Positions 1 to 8,985 of a stretch of DNA of 64,000 bases are shown piece after piece. The DNA is taken from assembly GCA_903916195.1 (NCBI GenBank), contig CAIWVP010000148.1, positions 10,396 through 74,395 of the forward strand, given 5' to 3'. Source of the DNA: an uncultured Verrucomicrobiota bacterium. Its GTDB lineage: Bacteria; Verrucomicrobiota; Verrucomicrobiia; Limisphaerales; UBA9464. A model generated the notes under the pieces. The model ran no database searches. It was given only the letters and a program-made list of their open reading frames with translations, and was not told where the DNA came from. A program made the translations under genes and the position numbers. Position 1 is the first letter of the stretch; each line of letters opens with the position of its first letter.

Positions 1-115
1 CGGTGGCCGCCGGAGGTGTCGAGCGGTGAAAGCAGCGGATCGCACCGGTCAAGAACCGGATCTGCTGCCCGAGATTCCACTTGGTGGCGCGGGCGCGGCC
101 CATAGAGTCCGCGCC

Positions 116-571
116 ATGGAAATGATCGTGGTCCTGCTGGTCGCCGGGGCGGCGCTGCTCGTCCTCGAGCCTTTCTTCCCGCACTTCGTCGCCGGCCCCG
201 TCGGATTGGCCGCGTGGGTCGTCGCCGTGCTGCTCACCTACGCGCGCCATGGCGCCGATACCGGCAACTTCACGTTGCTCGGCGTCCTGGTGGGCGGCAT
301 CGGCGGCGCGGTGTTCTATGTGCGGCAGCTGCCGAAGAGCCGGTTCGCCCGGCCGTTCAGTTCGCACAAGGTCCATCCGCCGGCGGACATCACCGGTTCC
401 CACCTGCTCCACCAGAGCGGCATCGCGCTCTCGCCGTTGTTGCCCGGCGGCATCGCCGAGATCGGCGGCCGACGGATCGACGTCGTCTCCGAAGGCGGCG
501 CCATCGACCGCGGCCGGACCGTCCGGGTCATCGCCGTCGAAGGATCCCGGGTGGTCGTCCGCTCGGCCTGA
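116..571 (+). CDS. NfeD-family membrane protein (short form)
   Basis: The track ORF 26..571 begins at a GTG. The first ATG, at 116, gives MEMIVVLLVAGAALLVLEPFF... The protein has hydrophobic helices followed by a soluble C-terminal beta-type domain (GIAEIGGRRIDVVSEGGAIDRGRTVRVIAVEGSRVVV), which is typical of NfeD. It ends 30 nt upstream of floA, the classical NfeD-flotillin pairing. Confidence 0.7.
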   Translation: MEMIVVLLVAGAALLVLEPFFPHFVAGPVGLAAWVVAVLLTYARHGADTGNFTLLGVLVGGIGGAVFYVRQLPKSRFARPFSSHKVHPPADITGSHLLHQSGIALSPLLPGGIAEIGGRRIDVVSEGGAIDRGRTVRVIAVEGSRVVVRSA

Positions 572-601
572 TCTTTCCCAGAACACCCAACCCAGCTTCC
601 C

Positions 602-1612
602 ATGATCGCAGACATCCAGATCGGTTCCCTCGTCCTCATCGCGGTGCTCGGCGTCGTCGCGCTCGCGCTGCTCACCGTCTTCCTGAACTTCGGTTCGATA
701 TGGCTCCGCGCGATCGCCTCCGGCGCCAGCGTCGGGCTGGTCGAGCTCGTCGCGCTCTGGCTGCGGAACCTCCCGGTCGGCCTGGTCGTGGACAACCGCA
801 TCACCGCCGTGAAATCGGGCATCCCGCTCACCATCGACGACCTGTCCACGCATTACCTCGCGGGCGGCAACATCGACATGGTCGTGCAGGCGCTCATCGC
901 CGCGCGCAAGGCGGGCATCCACCTGGAGTTCGACCGCGCCTGCGCCATCGACCTCGCGACCAAGGGCACCGGCAAGACCGTGCTCGAGGCCGTGAAGACC
1001 TCGGTCAACCCCAAGGTCATCGACTGCCCCAACCCCGCCTCGGGCCGCGCCACCATCGACGGCGTCGCCAAGGACGGCATCGTCGTGAAGGCCAAGGCCC
1101 GCGTCACGGTCCGCACCAATCTCGATCGCTTCGTCGGCGGTGCGACCGAGGAGACCATCATCGCCCGCGTCGGCGAGGGCATCGTCACCACCATCGGCTC
1201 CTCCGACAGCTACAAGGTCGTGCTCGAGAACCCGGACCGCATCTCCAAGAACGTGCTCGAGAAGGCGCTCGATGCGAACACCGCCTTCGAGATCCTCTCC
1301 ATCGACATCGCCGACGTGGATGTCGGCGAGAACGTCGGCGCCAAGCTCCAGGCCGAGCAGGCCGAGGCGAACAAGCTCATCGCCCAGGCCCAGGCCGAGG
1401 TCCGCCGCGCCGCCGCGGTGGCGACCGAGCAGGAGATGGTCGCCCGCGTCGCCGAGATGCGCGCCCGCGTGGTCGAGGCCGAGGCCCAGATCCCGTTGGC
1501 CATGGCCGAGGCCTTCCGCAGCGGCAACCTCGGCATCATGGACTACTACAAGATGAAGAACCTCCAGGCCGACACCGGCATGAGGGAGAGCATCGCCGGC
1601 AACAAGGCCTGA
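602..1612 (+). CDS. floA: flotillin-like protein FloA (SPFH domain, UPF0365/YqfA type)
   Basis: 336-aa ORF with ATG at 602. It has an N-terminal TM helix ([24 protein letters not shown]). This is followed by [12 protein letters not shown]...[26 protein letters not shown] and an Ala/Glu-rich C-terminal coiled coil. The protein matches FloA/YqfA-type proteins along its whole length as I recall them. Confidence 0.9.
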   Translation: MIADIQIGSLVLIAVLGVVALALLTVFLNFGSIWLRAIASGASVGLVELVALWLRNLPVGLVVDNRITAVKSGIPLTIDDLSTHYLAGGNIDMVVQALIAARKAGIHLEFDRACAIDLATKGTGKTVLEAVKTSVNPKVIDCPNPASGRATIDGVAKDGIVVKAKARVTVRTNLDRFVGGATEETIIARVGEGIVTTIGSSDSYKVVLENPDRISKNVLEKALDANTAFEILSIDIADVDVGENVGAKLQAEQAEANKLIAQAQAEVRRAAAVATEQEMVARVAEMRARVVEAEAQIPLAMAEAFRSGNLGIMDYYKMKNLQADTGMRESIAGNKA

Positions 1613-1637
1613 TCCCCACTTCCGCTCCCTTGCTCCG

Positions 1638-2285
1638 ATGATCGCCGGATTCGACCTCGGTTCGCTCAAGCCTTTCCTCATCGTCGGCATCGCGGTCATC
1701 GCCGCGCTGGTGAAGGCGTTCGGCAAGCCGAAGCATCCCTTCGACCGACCGTGGGAGAGCGAGACCCTCCCGGAACGTTCCGAGGGCCACAAAGTGCTCG
1801 GCCGGCTGCCGCGCGCCGAAGGACGCCGACCGCCGTCGCAGCCTCCGCTCCCGCCCGTCCAACCCCGGTGGGAGACGATGAGAGAGCCGGGCGACGCGCT
1901 GCGCGAGACCCGGGTCGAAACCGTGCCGCCGCCGCTTCCGCGGTATCCGCGAGGTCCCGTCCGCCCGCCGATCTATGCCGACCCGGCGATCAACGAATCC
2001 GCCGACATCGAATCCGCGCCCGCCCCGAGCCAGGAGCTCGCCACGCTGGCGCCCGCCGACGATGCCTACGCCCTGGCCGCCGGCCTCGAGACGCGGGTGG
2101 CGGCGCATCTGCGCGAAGTCGACGAAGGCATCGCCAACGCATCACCCGACCATGTCCGCGAACGGTCCGGCGGACGCTCGGCCGAGATGGAGCAGGTGCT
2201 CGCCCTGCTGCGCCAGCCGAAGACGGCCCGGCAGGCCGTGATGGCGACGGTCATCCTCGGACCGCCCCGGGCGCTCGAAGGCTGA
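1638..2285 (+). CDS. hypothetical membrane-anchored proline-rich protein
   Basis: 215-aa ORF with ATG at 1638, 25 nt after floA. It has an N-terminal TM helix (LKPFLIVGIAVIAALVKAF) followed by a Pro/Arg-rich low-complexity region. Third-position G+C is high. I recognise no domain. Confidence 0.45.
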   Translation: MIAGFDLGSLKPFLIVGIAVIAALVKAFGKPKHPFDRPWESETLPERSEGHKVLGRLPRAEGRRPPSQPPLPPVQPRWETMREPGDALRETRVETVPPPLPRYPRGPVRPPIYADPAINESADIESAPAPSQELATLAPADDAYALAAGLETRVAAHLREVDEGIANASPDHVRERSGGRSAEMEQVLALLRQPKTARQAVMATVILGPPRALEG

Positions 2286-2338
2286 TCTCGGGCAAGCCTC
2301 GTTGACCCGCGCGGTCCTCGTCGCCACCTTCCCCGCCC

Positions 2339-4219
2339 TTGCTCCGATTCTTCTCCATCGCGCTGGCCCCGGCCGTCGCCTTCCTGGTCGCCCGGGCCGC
2401 GGATCCGGCCGTGCCGACGAACCTCCCTCCCGTCAAGACGACGGTGGCCCCGCAGAGGTCCACCAACGTCGCCCCGGCGTCGGCATTCGTGCTGCGCCGG
2501 ATGGAGATGGTCCCCCCCTTCGTCCCGCCGCGTTTCTTGGCCGCCCGGTTCCCGCGCGAGCTACCGGTGACCGCGGTCGACGCGATGGCCCTCTGCGACG
2601 GCAAGCTCTGGCTCACCGTCCGCCCGCAAGGCGCGACGAACCTCCCGCCGGGCTCGGGCAGGATCTGGGTGTCCGATCCGGTGGCGAACACCCTCGAGCC
2701 GGTCCGCGGTCCGTTGCAGAAACACGCGGTGAACGCCCTCCACCCGGGCCATCGGAAGCTATGGCTCGCGCTCGACGGCGGGATCGCTTCGCTCGACACG
2801 CAGACCCTGGCGGTGGACGCCTTCGGCCCCGCGCGCGGCGTGACCGTCACCGACCTCGTCGGGTTCGCGGACGTCGACACCAGCGTCGTGGCGATGGCCC
2901 GGTCCGGTGGATTGTTCGGATTGGCTCCGAACGCGAACGATTTCACGCGCGCCAGCGTCCCCGCGCCGAACCTCGACCCGAGGGTCCCGCCTGCCTGGCG
3001 GATCTTCGCGGGTTCGCGCGACTGGATGCTCGCGGCGACCGGCACCCGGGTGGTCAACCGCCACGTGCGCGCCTCGCAATGGGTGCCGTTCGGCGATGTG
3101 CTCGGCCGCGGATCGCCCCGCTTGGAAAAACCGGTCCTGGTCTGCGCCGCGGGCGATGGCGGCGGCGGCTTCTGGCTCGGCAGCGACGCCGGGCTGCACT
3201 GGATCGATCCCGACACCGGCGCGGTCGAGGACCGGTTCGCTCCGCTCGAGGTCACCGTGCCCGGCGGGCTCGGCATCACCATCGGGCCCGGCTACCAGGC
3301 CTCGCCCGCCGCCTACGTCCAGGCTCGTGCCCGGGTGATGGCCGGGGTCCGCGACCGCATGCGGCAGCGCGCCCGGTTCGCACGCGCCAGCGCCGACGCG
3401 CGGCTCACGGTCAGCCCGGTGCTGCCCACGAGCCGGATCCCCGGCGGCGTGACCGCGCTGCTGGTGGACACGTCGTTCTTGTGGATCGCCACCACCGACG
3501 GCGCGAACAAGGACCGCGCCCGCGTGCTGCTCTTCCACATGCCGAGCAAGAAGTGGATCGGATGGTTCCCGGTCGGCTCTCCGGTGCGGACCCTCGCGGC
3601 CGACGCGCGCCACCTGTGGCTCGGCCTGGACGTCAGCCACGCCCCGACGGCCATCCCGCTCGTGGCCATCGACAAGGCTCCCCTGCTCGCCGTTCCGCCG
3701 GCCCGCTGGACGCCCGATGCCTTCCGGTCCGCTGAGATCGGCTCGAGGCTCGCCGCCCTTCCGCCAAAGGAACGCGCCGTCCACGCCTTCTTCAGCGGCG
3801 ACCCCACGAAGGTCGCCGAGATGCTCGCTCCCGACGGACAACCCCGCGCCGACGCCGACGCCGAATCGTTGTTCCTCCTGGCCTTTGCCCACGACCCGGT
3901 GGGCCTCGACAAGCCGGAGAAACTCGAGGCCTTCGCGTCCGAGCTCCGTTCCCGTTTCCCCCAGAGCCTCTTCACCGAGATCATCAACTCGGTGAGGCCG
4001 GCCGCGAAACCCGGACCCGACCCGGACCCGCCCAAGGAAGCCGCCGATGAGACGGTGGCCGACGTGCTCGCGCGGCGCGACCTGGACGGCAACGGCAAGC
4101 TCAACGCCGTCGAGTTGCGCCTCTGGCGCGGCCCCGAGGTGGACCTTAAGACGTTCGACCAGGACGGCGACGGTCAGCTCGACGCGGTGGAGATCGCGAA
4201 GCTCCTGCGAGCGCGCTGA
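2339..4219 (+). CDS. secreted repeat (beta-propeller-like) protein with C-terminal EF-hand pair
   Basis: 626-aa ORF with a TTG start at 2339 and a signal-peptide-like N-terminus (LRFFSIALAPAVAFLVARAADP). It contains repeated LW(L/I)...G(G)...D segments resembling two-component-regulator-propeller-type repeats. Two canonical 12-residue EF-hand loops are present: DLDGNGKLNAVE (4079-4114) and DQDGDGQLDAVE (4157-4192). Confidence 0.6.
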   Translation: MLRFFSIALAPAVAFLVARAADPAVPTNLPPVKTTVAPQRSTNVAPASAFVLRRMEMVPPFVPPRFLAARFPRELPVTAVDAMALCDGKLWLTVRPQGATNLPPGSGRIWVSDPVANTLEPVRGPLQKHAVNALHPGHRKLWLALDGGIASLDTQTLAVDAFGPARGVTVTDLVGFADVDTSVVAMARSGGLFGLAPNANDFTRASVPAPNLDPRVPPAWRIFAGSRDWMLAATGTRVVNRHVRASQWVPFGDVLGRGSPRLEKPVLVCAAGDGGGGFWLGSDAGLHWIDPDTGAVEDRFAPLEVTVPGGLGITIGPGYQASPAAYVQARARVMAGVRDRMRQRARFARASADARLTVSPVLPTSRIPGGVTALLVDTSFLWIATTDGANKDRARVLLFHMPSKKWIGWFPVGSPVRTLAADARHLWLGLDVSHAPTAIPLVAIDKAPLLAVPPARWTPDAFRSAEIGSRLAALPPKERAVHAFFSGDPTKVAEMLAPDGQPRADADAESLFLLAFAHDPVGLDKPEKLEAFASELRSRFPQSLFTEIINSVRPAAKPGPDPDPPKEAADETVADVLARRDLDGNGKLNAVELRLWRGPEVDLKTFDQDGDGQLDAVEIAKLLRAR

Positions 4220-4230
4220 GACGGCCGCGC

Positions 4231-4473
4231 TCACGGAGTCGGTGGCGGAGTCGGTGGCGCGAGCGGATCCGGATCAGGCAGTTTGAACTGCTGATCCAAC
4301 CAGTTCTTCTCCGCGCGTTCCCATGTGGCGCGACCGCGTCCGCCGCCGAGGAATGCTTCGGCCTGTTTCCCGATCCAATCGCGGAGCGCGGTCTCGTTCA
4401 CCGACGGCCACGTCGAGGCCCACCGCTGGTTCGACTCGAAAACCATCCGCAACGCGACCTTGGGCCAGCGCAT
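4231..4473 (-). CDS. hypothetical small protein (80 aa)
   Basis: This ORF lies downstream of valS on the same strand. Its codons are G+C-rich at third positions, it is Trp-rich, and it has a PDPDPLAPPTPPPTP tail. I recognise no family and the coding status is uncertain. Confidence 0.3.
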   Translation of the reverse strand: MRWPKVALRMVFESNQRWASTWPSVNETALRDWIGKQAEAFLGGGRGRATWERAEKNWLDQQFKLPDPDPLAPPTPPPTP

Positions 4474-4561
4474 CGATCACAACCTGTCCGCGCCCAAGAG
4501 CGCACGACGGTGCTGAAGGGACGGCGCCGGGCTGAGTCCGAGAAACGTTGCTCCGGAGGGC

Positions 4562-7318
4562 TCAGGCCGGCAGATTGTCCAGGGCAGCCTGCGCCTGCTT
4601 CTCCTTCACCTGCCAATCGAGCAGACGTTGCCGATGCTCCTCGAGCACCTTGGCCGGGACCTTCTCGGCGAAGGCCGGGTTGGCGAGCTTCACCTGTACC
4701 TTGTCGATCTCGGAGCGGATCTTCTCCAGCTCCTTGCCCAAGCGCTCACGCTCGGCGGCGTAATCCACCAGGCCGGTCAACGGCAGGAACAGCTCGCCCA
4801 GCGCGTTCGCCGCCATGGGCGTGCCCTTCTCGGCGATCCAACCGGCGGCGACGACCTCGACGGCCTCGGCGTTGAGCAGGAGCTTGATGACCTCGACCTC
4901 GGTGCCCGGCAGATCGCCGGCGGGACGCAGCACGAACTTCACCTTCTTCGCCGGATCGATCTTGCAATCCCGGCGCAGCCCGCGGCCGAGCGCCACGAGG
5001 TCGTACTTCGACTGCGCGACCTTGTCCGCGGTCTCGTCGAGGCCGAAGTAGATCTTCTCCTCGTCGCTGAACGCCTTGGGCCACGCGGCGAACATGATGG
5101 TCTTGCCGCCCTGTTCCGCGGGCATGTCGGCGCTGTACCCCATGCCGTGCCACAGCTCCTCGGTGATGAAGGGCAGGAACGGATGGAACAGCCGCAGCAG
5201 ATGTCCGAGCGCGAAGTCGATCACCGCCAGCTTGTTCGCCTTGAGCTTCTCGTCCGTGCCGTAGAAGGCCGCCTTCGACGCCTCGACGTACCAATCGCAG
5301 TACTCGCTCCAGAAGAACCGGTAGAGCGCGGCCGTCGCGTCGCTGAACTTGTAGTCGGCCAGCGCCTGCGTCACCTCGCGGATGGCTTGGTCGAGCCGCA
5401 GCAGGATCCACCGGTCGTCCGCGGTCAGCAGCAACGGATCGATCTCGCCCTCGATGACGCTTTCGGCGGTGGCGACCATCTGGCGGAAGCGGCAGGCGTT
5501 CCACAGCTTGTTGCAGAAGTTGCGGCCGAGCTCGACGGTCTGCTCGTCGAAGAGCACGTCCTGCCCGAGCGGTGCCGCGCGCATCACGCCGAAACGCAAC
5601 GCATCGGCGCCGTACTTGGCGATGAGATCGAGCGGGTCGGGCGAGTTGCCGAGCGATTTCGACATCTTGCGGCCCTGCTTGTCGCGGATGATGCCGGTGA
5701 AATAGACGTTCCGGAACGGCAGATCACCCATCCACTCGTAGCCGGCCATGATCATGCGCGCGACCCAGAAGAAGATGATGTCCGGCCCGGTGACGAGATC
5801 GGTCGTCGGATAGAAGGCCTTCAGCGTGGCGTTCTTCGCGTCGGTCTCCTTGTCGCCGGTCCAGCCCATCGTGGCGAACGGCCAGAGCCAGGAGCTGAAC
5901 CAGGTGTCGAGAACGTCCGGGTCTTGGACCCAGTTCTCGGCATCCGGCGGCGGCTCGATTCCGACATAGATGTCCTGGGTGCCTTCGGCTCCGGCGACCA
6001 GAGCCGTCTTATCGTGATTTTTTGGGACGCGATACCACACCGGGATCCGATGCCCCCACCACAACTGGCGGCTGATGCACCAGTCCTGGATGCCGTTGAG
6101 CCAGTGGTCGTACACCTTGGCCCAGCGCTCGGGATAAAACTTCATCTGCCCGTCCGCCACACAGGCCTGCGATCCGGCGACGCTCGGATACTTGAGGAAC
6201 CACTGCTCGCTCAGGCGCGGCTCGATGGGCACGTCGGCACGTTCGCTAAAGCCGACGTTGTTCACATAAGGCTCGGCCTTCTCCAGCACGCCCGCGGCCT
6301 CGAGGATCTCCATCGCCTTCTTGCGCGCGACGAAGCGGTCCAAACCCGCCAGCTCCGCACCGACTCCCGCCGTCATCTTGCCGTCGGGCGTGAGGATATC
6401 GATGACCGGCAGCTTGTGCCGCAGACCGATCTCATGGTCCGCCTTGTCGTGCGCGGGCGTCACCTTCAGCACGCCGGTGCCGAAGTCGAAGGTGACGTGA
6501 TCATCCGCGATGATGGGGATGACGCGTTGTTCCTTCGGCAGGTCGAGCGGCAGCGCGCGATAGACGTGCTTGCCGATGAGGTGCTGGTAGCGCAGGTCCT
6601 TGGGGTTCACCGCGACGGCGGTGTCCGCCGGGATGGTCTCGGGCCGCGTCGTGGCGATGGTCAGGAACGTGCCCGGCGCCTCCACCACCTCCACGCGGAA
6701 GTGGTACATGAAGCCCTTCTGCTCCTTCATGGTCACCTCCTCGTCGGAGAGCGCTGTGAGCGAAGCCGGACACCAGTTGACCATGCGTTTGCCGCGGTAG
6801 ATCAGGCCCTTCTTGTAGAGGTCCACGAACACCCCCTGCACGCACCGGGAATACTCCGGGTCCATGGTGAAGCGGGTCCGGGTCCAGTCGCAGGACGCGC
6901 CGAGCGCGCGGAGCTGCTGTAGGATGATGCCGCCGTACTTCTCCTTCCATTCCCAGATGCGGGCCACGAGCGCCTCGCGTCCGAGATCGTCGCGGTGCTT
7001 GATTTCGCCGGCCTTCTTCAGGGTCTTCTCGACGACGTTCTGCGTGGCGATGCCGGCGTGGTCGGTGCCGGGCAGCCAGAGCACTTCCTTGCCGTCCATG
7101 CGCGCCTTGCGGGCGAGGATGTCCTGGATGGTGTTGTTGAGGACGTGGCCGAGGGTGAGCACGCCGGTGACGTTCGGCGGCGGGATGACGATGGAATAGG
7201 CCGGCCGCGTCGCCGAGACACGCGCCGGATCGGCGGTGAAGCACTCCTGCTTCAGCCAGAAGTCATACCATTTCGACTCGACGGACTGCGGCTCGTAGGC
7301 CTTGGGGATTTCGCTCAT
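4562..7318 (-). CDS. valS: valine--tRNA ligase
   Basis: 918-aa ORF with ATG at 7318. It has a class I HIGH-type motif (PPPNVTGVLTLGHVLN) and a KMSKS motif (GRKMSKSLGN). The C-terminal coiled coil is typical of ValS. Confidence 0.97.
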   Translation of the reverse strand: MSEIPKAYEPQSVESKWYDFWLKQECFTADPARVSATRPAYSIVIPPPNVTGVLTLGHVLNNTIQDILARKARMDGKEVLWLPGTDHAGIATQNVVEKTLKKAGEIKHRDDLGREALVARIWEWKEKYGGIILQQLRALGASCDWTRTRFTMDPEYSRCVQGVFVDLYKKGLIYRGKRMVNWCPASLTALSDEEVTMKEQKGFMYHFRVEVVEAPGTFLTIATTRPETIPADTAVAVNPKDLRYQHLIGKHVYRALPLDLPKEQRVIPIIADDHVTFDFGTGVLKVTPAHDKADHEIGLRHKLPVIDILTPDGKMTAGVGAELAGLDRFVARKKAMEILEAAGVLEKAEPYVNNVGFSERADVPIEPRLSEQWFLKYPSVAGSQACVADGQMKFYPERWAKVYDHWLNGIQDWCISRQLWWGHRIPVWYRVPKNHDKTALVAGAEGTQDIYVGIEPPPDAENWVQDPDVLDTWFSSWLWPFATMGWTGDKETDAKNATLKAFYPTTDLVTGPDIIFFWVARMIMAGYEWMGDLPFRNVYFTGIIRDKQGRKMSKSLGNSPDPLDLIAKYGADALRFGVMRAAPLGQDVLFDEQTVELGRNFCNKLWNACRFRQMVATAESVIEGEIDPLLLTADDRWILLRLDQAIREVTQALADYKFSDATAALYRFFWSEYCDWYVEASKAAFYGTDEKLKANKLAVIDFALGHLLRLFHPFLPFITEELWHGMGYSADMPAEQGGKTIMFAAWPKAFSDEEKIYFGLDETADKVAQSKYDLVALGRGLRRDCKIDPAKKVKFVLRPAGDLPGTEVEVIKLLLNAEAVEVVAAGWIAEKGTPMAANALGELFLPLTGLVDYAAERERLGKELEKIRSEIDKVQVKLANPAFAEKVPAKVLEEHRQRLLDWQVKEKQAQAALDNLPA

Positions 7319-7363
7319 CTCGGTCCGGCGAGCCTAGCGGATGGACGGGCCCTTGGGCAACAG

Positions 7364-7441
7364 GCGCGAACGGAGGGCGCGAACGGAGGGCGCGAACGGA
7401 GGGCGCGAACGGAGGGCGCGAACGGAGGGCGCGAGCGGCGG
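7364..7441. repeat. 13-bp perfect tandem repeat (gcgcgaacggagg x5 plus one degenerate copy gcgcgagcggcgg)
   Basis: Read directly from the sequence: five contiguous identical 13-mers at 7364-7428 and a sixth diverged copy at 7429-7441. The array lies in the 176-bp divergent intergenic region between valS (start 7318, minus strand) and the ECF sigma gene (start 7495, plus strand). Confidence 0.95.
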
Positions 7442-7494
7442 GCGCATCGCTGAAGAATCTCCGTGCGGTCCGGCCCGGCGGCGGGCATCTGCTC

Positions 7495-8985
7495 ATGAAG
7501 ATGACGATGGTCGCCGCCATGACCGACGACGCGGAACTGCTCCGGCGCTACGCCAGCGACCGGGCCGAGGACGCCTTCGCAGAACTGGTCCGCCGGTACC
7601 TCGACCTCGTCTATTCCGCGGCGCTCCGGCAGGTCGGTGGCAACCCGGCGAGCGCAGCGGATGTCGCGCAGGCGGTCTTCACCGAACTCGCGCGCCACGC
7701 GGACCGGCTCACGCGGCATCCGGCGCTCACCGGTTGGCTCTACACCACCACGCACCGGATGGCCGCCCGCCACGTCCGCGGCGAAGTCCGACGCCAACGG
7801 CGCGAACAGGAGGCGCACGCCATGCAGGAACTTCAGCGCGACACCGGACCGGAACTCGATTGGGCGCGTCTCCGTCCCGTGCTCGACGACGCCATGCACG
7901 ACCTCGGCGAGACCGACCGGACCGCCGTGCTGCTGCGCCATTTCGAGCAGCGTCCGCTCGCCGAGGTCGGTTCGAAGCTCGGCCTGAGCGAGAACGCCGC
8001 CCGGATGCGGGTGGACCGGGCCCTCGACAAGCTGCGCGCGAAGCTGGCGAAGCGCGGCGTCACCTCGACCGCCTCCGCGCTGGCGGTGGCGCTGACCGGT
8101 CAAGCGGTCACGGCCGCCCCGACGGCGCTGGTAACCAGTATCTCCGCCGCGGCCTTGACGGCGGCAGCCGCGACCGCTTCCCACTTCGGACTCCTCTCGC
8201 TCATGACCTCCACCCAGCTCAAGACAGCCGGCGCGGCTCTGCTGATCGCCGCTGCTGGGACCACCATCGCGCTGCAACAGCTGTCCGCCCGGCGACTGCG
8301 CGCGGAGAATGTTGAACTGCGTCAGCGTGCCGATACCGCTGCCGAGGACGCCAGGCTCGCCCCTGGGACCGCCGCAGGGACCGCCGATGCCGCAGCGCGC
8401 CAGCAATCGCTGTCGGCGGAGCTGCTGCGTCTGCGCGGCGAAGTGGGGCAGCTACGGCAGCAGTTGGCCGGAGCGCGCCGCGCGGAAGCGGCGGCACGCA
8501 AGCTGGGACCCGCCCCATCAGGTCCGACCGAAGCCGAGGCGGAAGAAGCCACCAAGGTGTTCGCCATCCGGCGCATGGATGCGGTGAAGCTCCTTGTCTC
8601 GGGGCTTCACATGTTCGCGGCCAATCACGACGGACGGTTTCCTGATTCATTGGAAGGTATCGTTCATGAACTCGCGTCGAGCGAAGAACGGCCCGAAGTG
8701 GCCGTTGAAGCCTTGCGCGTTTTTGGGCCCGAAAATACGCGGCCCGACGACTTCGAGATGATGTTCAATGGTCTTCTCAAGGACATCGGGAACCCTTCCT
8801 CAGCCATCGTCCTGCGCGAACGCGAAGCGTGGCAGAATTCCAAAGGAGGGTGGATGCGGACCTACGGCTTCGCCGACGGCCACAGCGAGATCCACCGCAG
8901 CGACAGCGGCGACTATTCGGCTTGGGAAGCGGAGCATCAGGTCCGGCCAAAGACCGGAGATCCCGCCTCGGGCCCCGGCAACTGA
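7495..8985 (+). CDS. ECF-type sigma-70 family factor fused to TM helix, coiled coil and a pseudopilin-like extracytoplasmic domain
   Basis: 496-aa ORF with ATG at 7495.
- aa ~10-186 carry sigma region 2 and region 4 signatures (ELVRRYLDLVYSAALR..., LAEVGSKLGLSENAARMRVDRALDKLR).
- aa ~243-260 form a hydrophobic helix (AGAALLIAAAGTTIAL).
- aa ~262-336 are a heptad-like, Arg/Leu/Gln-rich segment.
- aa ~353-470 resemble the globular part of the local prepilin-type proteins (AIRRMDAVKLLVSGLHMFAANHDGRFP ... GGWMRTYGFADGHSEIH). Confidence 0.85.
   Translation: MKMTMVAAMTDDAELLRRYASDRAEDAFAELVRRYLDLVYSAALRQVGGNPASAADVAQAVFTELARHADRLTRHPALTGWLYTTTHRMAARHVRGEVRRQRREQEAHAMQELQRDTGPELDWARLRPVLDDAMHDLGETDRTAVLLRHFEQRPLAEVGSKLGLSENAARMRVDRALDKLRAKLAKRGVTSTASALAVALTGQAVTAAPTALVTSISAAALTAAAATASHFGLLSLMTSTQLKTAGAALLIAAAGTTIALQQLSARRLRAENVELRQRADTAAEDARLAPGTAAGTADAAARQQSLSAELLRLRGEVGQLRQQLAGARRAEAAARKLGPAPSGPTEAEAEEATKVFAIRRMDAVKLLVSGLHMFAANHDGRFPDSLEGIVHELASSEERPEVAVEALRVFGPENTRPDDFEMMFNGLLKDIGNPSSAIVLREREAWQNSKGGWMRTYGFADGHSEIHRSDSGDYSAWEAEHQVRPKTGDPASGPGN

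Noticed and set aside
214-1641. 475-aa ORF overlapping nfeD and floA on the same strand in another frame
   Set aside because: Its composition is extremely Arg/Pro/Gly/His-rich with no recognisable domain. It is a typical out-of-frame shadow in high-G+C DNA. The floA frame has a clear family match.
2759-4234. 491-aa ORF antisense to the EF-hand repeat protein
   Set aside because: It has no start context or motifs and is Arg/Gly/Glu/Val-rich. The sense frame carries a signal peptide and two perfect EF-hand loops.
4628-6922. 764-aa ORF antisense to valS (plus several others, 4746-5504, 6501-7244)
   Set aside because: The valS frame has HIGH/KMSKS motifs and full-length similarity. The antisense ORF is low-complexity (Leu/Arg/Gly/Asp-rich) and is explained by the lack of stop codons in G+C-rich antisense frames.
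7364-7441. Possible CRISPR array
   Set aside because: The repeat units are only 13 bp and directly contiguous with no spacers, and no cas genes are in the window. I classify it as a simple tandem repeat.
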